64,000 nt of DNA from Eledone cirrhosa (lineage: Eukaryota), in the NCBI GenBank assembly GCA_964016885.1, contig OZ024740.1, positions 353,710,001 to 353,774,000 of the forward strand. Reading direction: 5' to 3'. Below, in pieces: positions 1-12,626 of the stretch (its first letter is position 1; every line of letters starts with the position of its first letter). Position numbers and translations under genes: made by a program. The notes beneath the pieces are model-generated. The model saw nothing but the letters and a program-made list of their open reading frames with translations, was not told where the DNA came from and did not search any database.

Positions 1-1528
1 CGTTAACTAGCCATGATGGTATCTTTTCTGGCTCCTTAACTATTTCATTGTAAAGTTGGGCTAACAGCTCATGAGACTCTGTGAAGGCATTTATCCAAAA
101 GTTTTGTATTTTGTCTTTTCCTGGGGATTTCCATTTGCTGGTTTTTCTTAGAGCCAAGCGCAGCTGTTCAACTGTTATATTTTCCCATGTTTGTTCTTCA
201 AGGTGAGCTGTTTCTTTCATTTGTCTGTCTATCCATGGGGCATGTATGTTATGAACTTTTTCTTCGGCCCAGATCTTTTCCCAGAATTCTTGCACTTCCT
301 CCTTGGGTGGTATTGATTTAGCAGTTATTGTTGACTTACCAATTTTTCTGTAGAAGTTTCTTTGGTTATTTTTGAACATATTATTGTCCTTATAGAATCT
401 AGATCGTTTTTCAAAGCGCCTTATACGAGCAGCTTTGGCCGACACTTTTTGCTTGATTGTTTCTATCAGCATGTCTATGTCACATGTTGATCTTATACTG
501 TACTTTTTTTTCAATTTTCTAAGTTTAGTTTGTTTAACATGTTCACCTACTTTATAGTTTGTTAAAATTTCTATGTCAGATCGGAGAAGGTTTATTTGGC
601 GATTGATGTTATCTTGCCAAGTAGATTTCTTGTGGGAATTCCTTTGTTTTTTCATCTTCACTCCACATAAGTGAGTGGTGACTTTAGCCGATGCATAATA
701 GAGATGATTTAAGTCAGTAATGTTTAGTTTGTTTGTGATGATAATGTTTTTGAGAATTATGTTAGTCTTGTGTATTATCTTTTGGTTCTGTTTGGAGTTC
801 TGGATCTTAGGGAGGGTGTCTCGTTGCCCCATGTCAGATTCTTTCATTTTCATCCATTCGATCATAATTTCATCCTTCAAGTTGGCAAGTTCATTCTCAT
901 TCATTTCTTTATCATTTACGATCTCATTATTTTCATTTGGAGTTTCATCCTGAGCATGCACTCCCTCCACTTTTTCGCTCCTTTCTTTAATTTGTTCTGT
1001 TGCCAGTGATTCCGCTCCAACCCTGGGATTCGAAGTGTTACAGTTTACCTCGTTTTCACTGACACATGCTTCATTTTCCCTTCGCTGACTTTGTGCTACT
1101 AGCTTGATCTGATCAATTTCTATATCAGTTAGTAACTTTTTTCTTACAATATTTCTTCGTATATTGGCTAGTTTGTTACTGTCAATATAGCCTCTGTTTT
1201 CGGGATGTTTCTTTTTCCAGTTGATATATGTTTGTTCTGTATTCGATGTATTTGATGGGTAGTACATGGCAGTGTAGAAAGCCTCAAGGACTTCTTTATT
1301 ATCTTCCCTTGACCATTTTTCTCTCTTTTTCTTTGGATTTCTTGGTGGTGAGCATGGAGGGCCAACAGTAGGAGTATTCCGGTTATGGGAGGTCTCCAGC
1401 TCCGAAGTGATGGGAAGGTTTGAACCATTAGCTGATTTTTCGACCCCAGTCTGGTTCCTCTCTGAGGGACGCGGCCCTTTTTTACCCGGGTGACGGCCGA
1501 TCCGGTATGAGATTTTATCATTAGACAT
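1..1528 (-). CDS. N-terminal ~509 aa of R4/Dong polyprotein (MSNDKISYRIG...), 3'-partial at window edge
   Basis: ATG at 1528 is in frame with the REKWSREDN motif. The ORF track lists no closed ORF from this ATG, consistent with a frame open to position 1. Confidence 0.7.
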   Translation of the reverse strand, partial: MSNDKISYRIGRHPGKKGPRPSERNQTGVEKSANGSNLPITSELETSHNRNTPTVGPPCSPPRNPKKKREKWSREDNKEVLEAFYTAMYYPSNTSNTEQTYINWKKKHPENRGYIDSNKLANIRRNIVRKKLLTDIEIDQIKLVAQSQRRENEACVSENEVNCNTSNPRVGAESLATEQIKERSEKVEGVHAQDETPNENNEIVNDKEMNENELANLKDEIMIEWMKMKESDMGQRDTLPKIQNSKQNQKIIHKTNIILKNIIITNKLNITDLNHLYYASAKVTTHLCGVKMKKQRNSHKKSTWQDNINRQINLLRSDIEILTNYKVGEHVKQTKLRKLKKKYSIRSTCDIDMLIETIKQKVSAKAARIRRFEKRSRFYKDNNMFKNNQRNFYRKIGKSTITAKSIPPKEEVQEFWEKIWAEEKVHNIHAPWIDRQMKETAHLEEQTWENITVEQLRLALRKTSKWKSPGKDKIQNFWINAFTESHELLAQLYNEIVKEPEKIPSWLVN

Positions 1529-1539
1529 TTACTTTATTT

Positions 1540-1690
1540 TGTCGCGTTTTATCCTTATCCGCCAAGGGGTAATCATTTCGTGTTACCACTTCTAGAACGA
1601 GTGTCAACCAAGACTAGAGGGGTCGTTCTCCCCTAGAGACATGGCTATTCCCCGCCGGCCGCCATCCCGGTATTTCTTGGTCACGGGGTT
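1540..1690 (-). other. Highly base-paired, multi-pseudoknot 5' leader of the R4/Dong element
   Basis: Six complementary pairs, several of them crossing, in ~100 nt (see findings). Confidence 0.55.
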
Positions 1691-1774
1691 TTCTTTTTGT
1701 TGTTTTTTTTTAAATTGTTATTATCATGAGTGGTTCCTTAATGTGAGCATTGCGTGGCTTAAGAATGAAATTAT

Positions 1775-1828
1775 TAATAATAGTCTCCACTCCAGGCACA
1801 AGGCCAGCAATCACCCAGTGCATTACAA
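1775..1828 (-). mobile_element. 3' fragment of tRNA-SINE family 1
   Basis: ggcacaaggccagcaatcacccagtgcattac matches the reverse complement of the SINE 3' end seen at 48.8 kb. Confidence 0.7.
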
Positions 1829-2238
1829 TAATATAATATACTTTTTGTTGTAGTTGGCTGTTATTGCTGCTGGCTATGTCGGTGGTGGTGCCGGGGCTTT
1901 TTATATTGTTGGTGAGGAAGGGGTGAGCCAGCAGTTCCATAATTGTTGATGTAGACGTTTGGCCGTGCAAGGTCACCAAGTCAATCTATTTATATCTTTT
2001 GCTAGCCTCTCTCTTGTCTAGTGCTACCGCCACCTTCCCTTTTCTCTCTCAAGTTAACAGGGGAATAGTGTCAGTAGCATTGAATGAGTGGTGGCGGCGA
2101 TGATGGATGTGGTGGGGTGGTGGCAGCGGTGGTGTTGTGGTTACTGATATAGTATCTATGAGTTTGTGTTCGTATGTTTAATATATATTTTCATTATATT
2201 TTCATTATATTTTCATTATATTTTATTATTGTTGTTAT

Positions 2239-4834
2239 TCCTTGAATCTCAGTCATTGATGTTGGTTAACTGGAAAGTCCGTTGGATTGAATATCAAGCC
2301 ACTACCTGCAGCCTCAGATATTCAGGACGTATCGGAGGGTTCTTGCTGTTCCAAGCAAGCATGCCTTTTGAAGCGTTCCAAAAAGCGTGAAGGGGCCGAT
2401 TTTCTTTAACCATCCCTGGAAACCTTTGGAGATAGTCCCCAGTGCGCCTATGACAATCGGGATCACTTTAACTTCATGGCAGTTCCAAATCCTTTTCACC
2501 TCCCACTTTAGGTCCTGGTATCGGTCAATTTTCTCCCTCTCCTTCTCTTGCACTCTCGTGTCGAACGGGCAGGCCACATCCACAATCAGACACGATCTTT
2601 TTTCTTTGTCCACAACCACCAGGTCAGGTCTATTGTGTTCCAGTTTTTTGTCCGTCTGTATCCTAAAATCCCACAGCACCTTCACCTGATTGTTCTCCAT
2701 CACCGCCTCTGGCCTATGCTCATACCATTTCTCAGAATGTGGTAAATTGTTTACTTTGCACAGGTGCCAGTGGATCACCCTGCCCATCACATCGTGTCTC
2801 CAGCCCTTATAGTGGGTCTGGGCTAGGTGTTTACACTCGGACACAATGTGAGCCACAGTCTCCTCTCTCTCTCCACAGATCCTGCACAGTGGGCTAGCCT
2901 CCACCTTGTAGATATGGTGCTTCAACCACTTCGTTTTGAGGGCCTGCTCCTGCGCAGCCATTAGCATTCCTTCTGTAGCCTTTTTGAGGTCTCCTCTTCT
3001 CAACCAGTTCCATGTCTGTGGATTTCTAAATTCAGTTTTCTCAAAGAAGGTACTATGAAGGGATTTTCCCTTAAGGCTGCTCTTCCTCCTTGATGTTATT
3101 TCCTCCTTGGACATCCCCTGGCCTACTGTCCCCGCCTTCAGTACAGTTCTGAGCATTGGCTCCTTACTATAGGTCACGTATTTGTATAGGTTGTTTTTCT
3201 CCATCTGAACACAGTCCTCTATGCTGATAAGACCTCTTCCACCCTCAGATCTCCTTAGGTAGAGTCTATCGACATCACTCCTCTTGTGGAACATGTTGTA
3301 GATAGTCAATAGCTTCCTAGTCTTCCTATCCATTTCTTTTTGTTCAGCAACATTCCATCTCAGAATTCCCGCACTGTACCTAATAATAGACACAGCTCGG
3401 GAATTTACTGCGCTTATGGCATTTCTGCTGTTCAGATGTGACTTCAATACGCTCCTTACTCTCCGAATGTATTCAGTTCTTAACAATTCCTTCATTTTTT
3501 TGTTCTTTATGCCATCAGCCTCCAGAACGCCCAAATACTTGTATCCTTCCTCAGAGTCAATTTCCTTTATCATCTCACCTGTTGGTATCTGGATCCCGTT
3601 ACTTCTGCTCAACCTACCCCTCTTCATCACAATGACTCCACATTTACCAATACCAAACTGCATACATATATCACTGCTGAAAATACGGACAGTGTCAACA
3701 AGCACATCCAACTCCTTCTCACTTTTCCCGAAGAGCTTAAGATCGTCCATGAAGAGGAGGTGATTGATGGTAAGCTCTCCCCTTCCCAACTTGTATCCTG
3801 CTCTCACTTTTCGCAGCATAATGGTCAAGGGCATCAGGGCAAGGACAAACAACAGAGGGGACAGGCTATCTCCCTGGAAGATACCTCTCTTGATCTTCAC
3901 GCTTCCCAAGGATACTCCAGTTGATGTCAACTCTGTCTCCCAGGACCCCATACTCCTGCCTAGCAACTGTCTGATGTTATCTGCCACCCTGAAGATCTCC
4001 AGGCTTTTGGTGATCCAGGAATGAGGCACCATGTCAAATGCCTTTCTGTAGTCTATCCATCCCATGGCAAGATCAGTGTGTCTCCTCCTGCAATTCCCCA
4101 TTACCATCTTATCAATAAGTAACTGGTCCTTTGTACCACGTGACTTCTTTCGGCTTCCTTTCTGTTCGTCCGGTAACAAGTTGTTTGTGTGGAGGTGATG
4201 GTAGACTTCCTCAGACACAATGCTCGTCAACAGTTTCCACATTACGGACAGACATGTGATAGGTCTATAGTTGGTAACATCATTACCCTTGATTCAGTCT
4301 TTCATTATCAGAACTGTGGTACCTTTTGTCAACCACTCTGGCACCTCACCCGACACCAAGCAGTCATTGAACATGGCCGTCAGCTTCGGGTGGAGGGATG
4401 TTAAATGTTTAATCCAATACCCCTGCACACCATCTGGGCCTGGTGATTTCCAGTTGGTTAGTTTTTTGGCCTGCCCCTTAAGAGTTTCAACTGTGATACT
4501 CAAATCAGTCTGTTGCTGTGCCTGCTCACCGATCTCCCTCTGTACTGTCTCAATCCACCCTGCTTGGGCATTGTGTCTAACATCCTGCTCCCATATTCCT
4601 CTCCAGAATGTTTTAGTTTGCTCCGCCCCAGGGATCAAGTCGTTGCCTCTTTCTTTCCCCTCAAGCTGTCCGAACAGCATCTTCTGGTTGTTGTCGAACA
4701 TGCGGTTCTGTTTATACTGACTGACTCTGTTCTCGTATCGCCTGATTTTTGCACTCTTTGCTACAATGCGTTGCTTCAGTTCCTCTATGATAATATTTAG
4801 CTTTTTCCTCCTAGTTTTGTATTTTATTTCCAGT
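2239..4834 (-). mobile_element. R4/Dong-type RT-REL non-LTR retrotransposon, copy 1, 5'-truncated
   Basis: RT motifs ([15 protein letters not shown]), CCHC finger ([18 protein letters not shown]), RHD and PD..D restriction-like endonuclease ([15 protein letters not shown]). ~75-nt 3' UTR ends in TAA/CAA repeats, and TAA repeats also lie at the 5' junction. Confidence 0.93.
2314..4830 (-). pseudogene. RT-REL polyprotein of copy 1, frameshifted near 4290 (ORFs 4294-4701 and 2314-4242)
   Basis: ..TVLIMKD / [22 protein letters not shown].. continues in another frame; no 5' start. Confidence 0.85.
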
Positions 4835-4870
4835 TATTATTATTATTATTATTATTATTGTTATTGTTAT

Positions 4871-6663
4871 TCCTTGAATCTCAGTCATTGATGTTGGTTA
4901 ACTGGAAAGTCCGTTGGATTGAATATCAAGCCACTACCTGCAGCCTCAGATATTCAGGACGTATCGGAGGGTTCTTGCCGTTCCAAGCAAGCATGCCTTT
5001 TGAAGCGTTCCAAAAAGCGTGAAGGGGCCGATTTTCTTTAACCATCCCTGGAAACCTTTGGAGATAGTCCCCAGTGCGCCTATGACAATCGGGATCACTT
5101 TGACTTCATGGCAGTTCCAAATCCTTTTCACCTCCCACTTTAGGTCCTGGTATCGGTTAATTTTCTCCCTCTCCTTCTCTTGCACTCTCGTGTCGAACGG
5201 GCAGGCCACATCCACAATCAGGCACGATCTTTTTTCTTTGTCCACAACCACCAGGTCAGGTCTATTGTGTTCCAGTTTTTTGTCCGTCTGTATCCTAAAA
5301 TCCCACAGCACCTTCACCTGACTGTTCTCCATCACCGCCTCTGGCCTATGCTCATACCATTTCTCAGAATGTGGTAGATTGTTTACTTTGCACAGGTGCC
5401 AGTGGATCACCCTGCCTATCACATCGTGTCTCCAGCCCTTATAGTGGGTCTGGGCTAGGTGTTTACACTCGGACACAATGTGAGCCACAGTCTCCTCTCT
5501 CTCTCCACAGATCCTGCACAGTGGGCTAGCCTCCTCCTTGTAGATATGGTGCTTCAACCACTTCGTTTTGAGTGCCTGCTCCTGCGCAGCCATTAGCATT
5601 CCTTCTGTAGCCTTTTTGAGGTCTCCTCTTCTCAACCAGTTCCATGTCTGTGGATCTCTAAATTCAGTTTTCTCAAAGAAGGTACTATGAAGGGATTTTC
5701 CCTTAAGGCTGCTCTTCCTCCTTGATGTTATTTCCTCCTTGGACATCCCCTGGCCTACTGTCCCCGCCTTCAGTACAGTTCTGAGCATTGGCTCCTTACT
5801 ATAGGTCACGTATTTGTATAGGTTGTTTTTCTCCATCTGAACACAGTCCTCTATGCTGATAAGACCTCTTCCACCCTCAGATCTCCTTAGGTAGAGTCTA
5901 TCGACATCACCCCTCTTGTGGAACATGTTGTAGATAGTCAATAGCTTCCTAGTCTTCCTATCCATTTCTTTTTGTTCAGCAACATTCCATCTCAGAATTC
6001 CCGCACTGTACCTAATAATAGACACAGCTCGGGAATTTACTGCGCTTATGGCATTTCTGCTGTTCAGATGTGACTTCAATACGCTCCTTACTCTCCGAAT
6101 GTATTCAGTTCTTAACAATTCCTTCATTTTTTTGTTCTTTATGCCATCAGCCTCCAGAACGCCCAAATACTTGTATCCTTCCTCAGAGTCAATTTCCTTT
6201 ATCATCTCACCTGTTGGTATCTGGATCCCGTTACTTCTGCTCAACCTACCCCTCCTCATCACAATGACTCCACATTTACCAATACCAAACTGCATACATA
6301 TATCACTGCTGAAAATACGGACAGTGTCAACAAGCACATCCAACTCCTTCTCACTTTTCCCGAAGAGCTTAAGATCGTCCATGAAGAGGAGGTGATTGAT
6401 GGTAAGCTCTCCCCTTCCCAACTTGTATCCTGCTCTCACTTTTCGCAGCATAATGGTCAAGGGCATCAGGGCAAGGACAAACAACAGAGGGGACAGGCTA
6501 TCTCCCTGGAAGATACCTCTCTTGATCTTCACGCTTCCCAAGGATACTCCAGTTGATGTCAACTCTGTCTCCCAGGACCCCATACTCCTGCCCAGCAACT
6601 GTCTGATGTTATCTGCCACCCTGAAGATCTCCAGGCTTTTGGTGATCCAGGAATGAGGCACCA

Positions 6664-6664
<1 letters not shown>
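4871..6664 (-). mobile_element. R4/Dong-type retrotransposon, copy 2, more 5'-truncated, near-identical to copy 1
   Basis: Same sequence offset by 2632 bp with only scattered substitutions; begins at MVPHSW and is flanked by (TAA)n on both sides. Confidence 0.93.
4946..6664 (-). pseudogene. Truncated RT (C-terminal part) + CCHC + REL ORF of copy 2
   Basis: The element-derived part of the 643-aa ORF starts at MVPHSW; the upstream residues come from microsatellites. Confidence 0.85.
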
Positions 6665-7490
<826 letters not shown>

Positions 7491-7726
7491 TATATATATA
7501 TATATATTGTAGCAATAAAATTATTCTTAGCCACCCTCTTGTAAACCTATTTATAATCAGCCAATGCATCCGAAAGTAAAATCAGAAGGCTTAATCATTA
7601 TGTGATAAATAACAAGCAAAGACAAACTGCGTATTTATAAGAATCTCCTTTTATTTACTCTACATGAAATAACACACCATTATGTGTGAAAATTAACATA
7701 CACAAATTATCCAACATTAATTACAA

Positions 7727-7900
7727 GGGCGGTGAATTGGCAGTATCGGTAGATGGTCGGATGCATTCTAGCATAGTTACGTTCCTTTACAGTCTGAGTT
7801 CAAATCCCGCCGAGTTTAACTTCATCCTTACGGGGTCGATAAAATAAAGTACCAGTAATGTACTGGGTAACTGCTGGCCTTGTGCCTAAAGTAGAAACAC
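7727..7900 (+). mobile_element. tRNA-derived SINE family 1 (central domain resembles the Meta-SINE domain)
   Basis: A-box TGGCAGTATCGG, B-box GAGTTCAAATC, body ttcatccttacggggtcgataaaataaagtaccag; about 12 copies or fragments in the window. Confidence 0.85.
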
Positions 7901-8796
7901 TTTATTTCATTACAAGTAATGTGATGTGTATATTTGTTTTGGTGGAAGTATTATTAAATATTATTCCAAATATTAAATACCTTGTGAAATCATGATTCTT
8001 TTATATCAAATCATACACAAATATGTTTTGAAAAGACTAGTTGACGAGAAAGAAGGCAATGTATCCGAATCCGACTGACCGTCACGATCTTAAAGATAAC
8101 TCCGACTAGCTTATGGTTTGCGTCTGGGTTTAAATCTCTAGAACATTGAAAAGGATGTGCTTTATGTTTGATGTGCCAAATGATAGCCAAATATATCTAA
8201 CTAAAAAAAGGTGTAGTTCTAAATCTAAACTATAATAAAGCAAGGAGTGCGGGACTGCGTCCAGAATATAATTTTTTATCCCGTTTGTAAAATAAGTTGG
8301 ATTACTTTGAATAAATAATGAATGAATATTACATAATTTATCTACTAAATTTCGTAACACATGATTAAACATATATTAAAAATATTATTCAAGATTGACT
8401 TCTTTTAAAAGATTCAAATTTCAATACTTCCGGTATATCTATACTATATATAGAGAGAGAGAGATTGAAAGAGAAAGATAAAGAGATTTGGATTTTTTTT
8501 AACACGCTGATGAGTGTGCGTGTGTGTTGTTCTTTGATTTTCTAAAATTGCGAGAGCGAGAAAGAGAGATTGTATGTGTGAGTGTATAAAGAGAGGAGTG
8601 ACTGTGACAGATATATATATAATAATAATAATACTATTTATAGTTATGTATATGCTATAAACAGGAAAGGTCAGTAATTTCCTACTACCTTATTACCAGT
8701 AAGAGAAATAGCTCAATGTAAGAACATCAGTTGTTTTACAGAGCAGGAAAATAAATAAATAAATTAGACAATTATCAAAGTTGTGTTCAAATCATT

Positions 8797-8850
8797 TAAT
8801 AGCTGACAATCGTTTCTTCCAAACTCTCGTTTGGAGTCATCGGAGCATTA
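8797..8850 (-). ncRNA. Type I hammerhead ribozyme motif (PLE-type; CCGAUGA core variant)
   Basis: taatgct-CCGATGA-ctccaaac.gaga.gtttggaa-GAAA-cgattg-TC-agctatta. Confidence 0.65.
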
Positions 8851-9900
8851 TCAATGTTTGTCAATGTAATTAACCTCCTATTCAACTAAACAATAATATA
8901 GATACATATATATTGATGTTGTGAGCAACAGTTTCATATTTGCAGGGTGGAATGGATATGAAATATACTTTACGAGAATTGTACAAAAATTCAAATTCAA
9001 ATTAAAAACACAGAGTGGAATACATGCAACAGATAATATAAGAGAATAGTCTAATAATTAAAGAGGCATTGAGAAAGGAGCTTTGAGAAAGAAAAAGTAC
9101 ATTAGCAGTACATATGTAAGCGTGTAGAAAGTGCACATGCGTTAGTCATATATATGAGAAGGAAATAAGTAAAGTTATTATGCATATATAGATAAATAAA
9201 TACTGTATTTTAAGCAAATATGTTAATGTATTAAAATCTATGGTGGATGCAGTATTTCGATAGTGTTTGAATTTGTGTGTGTTGAGAAAAACAAAGTTAT
9301 TGCAGTCTTTTCCATTACATATGTTGAATTAAATTTTAGTTAATGTTTATATTGAATGTTTTAAGTTAGTTAAAACAATGGATTGTAAATTAGTCTTATT
9401 GTATTCTTATTCATGGACTATAGTTGTTCAACAGATAGATTTTCCAACGGTTAATTTCCGGAAGTGAGTAAAGGGAGCTAAAGCGTAAGGGGAGGTAACT
9501 AGCTAATTAAATTCAGTTATTTAAATTCTTTGCTCTAATACACATTATAATGTGATACACATTATAATGTGATACGAGTGAATCTCTATTACATAATGCT
9601 ATATATTTATACTTGATTTTAAATACAGTGTATTTTCCTATAATACATTAAAGGTCTCATTAGATTGTTATCTATTCATTACATGTTATGGAAAATTGCA
9701 TAGCTGTTTATATGTCCAAATAGATATATCATTTGTGTAATAATATACATTATTGTTTTAAAAGTTAATCCCTTATATACAATGATATTACATTATATAT
9801 TTAATTATAAATGTATATATACTTTATTATCATTATATTGTGTTAAAGCTTTAATTATATAATTATAAATGTATATATAGTTTATTATTACATATTACAA

Positions 9901-10078
9901 GGGCGGTGGATTGGCAGTATCGGTAGAGGGTCGGAGCCATGCTTTCCAGCATAGTTACGTCCCTTTACGATCTGAGTTCAAATCCTGCCGAGGTTGACTT
10001 TGCCTTTCATCCTTGCGGGGTCGATAAAATAAAGTACCAGTAATGCACTGGCCTTGTGCCTAAAGTAGAAACAATTAT
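9901..10078 (+). mobile_element. tRNA-SINE family 1, full length
   Basis: A/B boxes; flanked by ttattacatattaca / ttattacgtattaca (probable TSD). Confidence 0.9.
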
Positions 10079-10192
10079 TACGTATTACATTACGTGTCTC
10101 TACATATTAAATATCCATTAGTGTATATAACATAATTAAGCTATAAGAGTTATATCAAAAGGTGGTAACTTTATGTTTAATATATATATATA

Positions 10193-10655
10193 TAAACGGA
10201 AAAAATTAAACGAAATTTCATTTCCCACTCTTAGTACGGCTGTTACTTAAAAATAAGTATGTACACGTACATACATATATGTATACAGACGTACAGTAGT
10301 ATGTATATATATATATACATACATGCACACATATATATATGTACGTATAGATTCACCGAACATTTATTATAATGCTCGGTGTATTTGTAAACAAACATCC
10401 CGTATTAAGCCGTAGTGTCTAGCAACCATCGTTGCTCGTTTGTTCAACACTGACAAAGGAACGCTGTACTAGTTTCAAGCTTATTAGCTATCATAAGCAA
10501 CGTATACCTTCCTGTCAGATTGTTGAACGTATATACTTACCTTATTCATATTAACGGCTGAGTAGCCCAATTTGCATATCGAGTGGGTTAATCGGCCGGG
10601 TGCACCGAAAACGATAAACGGAAAAAATGAAACGAAATTTCATTTCTCACTCTTA

Positions 10656-10658
<3 letters not shown>
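10193..10658 (-). mobile_element. Retrozyme-like unit family R1: 422-bp period, 44-bp terminal direct repeats, octamer and hammerhead
   Basis: Direct repeats 10193-10236 and 10615-10658; ATTTGCAT at 10570-10577; hammerhead at 10442-10528. Confidence 0.6.
10442..10528 (-). ncRNA. Type I hammerhead motif with long stem I (core CUUAUGA, i.e. G5U)
   Basis: gttcaaca.at.ctgaca.ggaagg.tat.acgttg-CTTATGA-tagct.aata.agctt-GAAA-ctag-TA-cagcgt.tcctt.tgtcag.tgttgaac. Confidence 0.7.
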
Positions 10659-10694
<36 letters not shown>

Positions 10695-10701
<7 letters not shown>

Positions 10702-11293
10702 AAACGAAAAATCAGTGATGCATCTGAACTCAGTTTATTGTGAGTTACAATTGTTTCGCCGGCAGATAATAACTCGAGACAGGATCATTGTATGGATCTG
10801 TCTGATTCTAGATCTGCTGATTCTTCGGACACATGCAATACTTTCGGAACAAACTTTCTCGCTGGGGTGTTAGCTTCATAAAACATCTTCCTCTCCTGTC
10901 TTGCTATTGGCTGTTGTTTTTCTACGTCATCATAAATTCTGGTCAATATTTGCTGCCAAACTGGCCATCAGCTACTCTCCATCCGACACACTTCAATGGA
11001 CTCATGCTGGGTTTGGTATTTCACAAGTTCGCTCACACACACATATATACCCACACATACACACACACATATATACACATACACACACACGCGCACACGT
11101 ACATATATACGCATACACATATGTACACACACATATGTACGAATATACACCCGCATACATATACATACACACTCTCTCTCACACCCACACCCATACACAC
11201 CTACACACACCCACGACCATATACATACCAACATACACGTCCACAGGCGCCTGCTTATATCGCCTCGTACATCCGCTTTCACACGCACGCACA

Positions 11294-11367
<74 letters not shown>

Positions 11368-12163
11368 CACACACACACATACACGCATACAAGGACACAT
11401 ACCTGCGTACGCGTACATTTGCTCATACACAAACACGTACAGACACATACATCCTTATAGAGAGGCACAAAGACAGACACGCTCCCAAAGACACATACAT
11501 ACATACACACATATACATACATATATATCTATATCTACATATATGTTCATGCACACGCACAAAACATATGCACAAACAATCCCTACCTTATGTAGGTGCA
11601 CATACACACACATACACAGACACCGCCCCCCACACACGCACTGGCTCATATACATTTCAACAATTACGGGCCTAATTACCTCAGTGTCCACGTACGTCCA
11701 CAAAGATAGATACACGCACACATGTATATATCTCTGTCCGTAACCCAATGTGATATACATAAATCTGCACAAAAGGTCATACAGGGTCATCCATGGAAGG
11801 ATGCATCCTGTTATACATGCACAAATATAAACCATGTAACCATATACATACATCCATACACATACATGCATGCATACATACATACACACATATAAATAAA
11901 TAAATAAGTAGAGAAATAAATAAATATATATATATATATAAATTAATAAAAATAATGAATAAAAACAAAGAAAGAGTTCCTTATATTTAAAAATTCATCA
12001 TTTTACGATCGTAATATACATACACATATATATACACATATACACATATATATATACATCGTAATATATATACACATATATATATATACACATATATATA
12101 TACACATATACACATACATATATATACATATACACACACACACATCCACACATACATACACAT

Positions 12164-12251
<88 letters not shown>

Positions 12252-12487
12252 CTGTACACACCCACACACACACACCCATATATAAACGTACATACACACA
12301 CTTACCTACATATCTATAAAAAAAAACCCTCCAATATACAGAAATATGTATCTAACGTCGTACCTTAAAAGATGTATCTTTTGTTACACATGCTCAGATA
12401 TAAACATTATAATCATATACATACATCAGTACACATTCACGTAACATACATGTGTATATATACATATATATACACACATACCCGCCC

Positions 12488-12540
<53 letters not shown>

Positions 12541-12570
12541 CACATATAGATACACATACATATATACACA

Positions 12571-12626
<56 letters not shown>

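Larger units (their letters stand above)
1..1710 (-). mobile_element. 5' part of an R4/Dong-clade non-LTR retrotransposon (family distinct from the two copies at 2.2-6.7 kb); continues off the left edge
   Basis: Minus-strand translation gives REKWSREDNKEVLEAFY..W.KKHP..LANIRRNIVRKKLLTDIEI and ALRKTSKWKSPGKDKIQNFWIN..EPEKIPSWLV, homologous to the pre-RT region of the 4294-4701 ORF (WKSPGPDGVQGYWIK..VPEWL). Confidence 0.85.

Noticed and set aside
1570-1600. Hammerhead-like GTG-GTAA-CAC-GAAA in the R4 leader
   Set aside because: No CUGANGA core or stems I/III; better explained as part of a simple hairpin.
1710-1979. ELLAHPFL resembles a protein-kinase C-terminal motif
   Set aside because: No other kinase motifs and no convincing splice context.
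2387-6656. Plus-strand ORFs duplicated in both R4 copies
   Set aside because: Antisense shadows of the RT ORF; the duplication reflects copy identity.
10833-11743. Two 280-aa His/Thr-rich ORFs
   Set aside because: Products of a degenerate (CA)n tract. The same applies to the many YI/CV/HT/SL/RE ORFs across the window.
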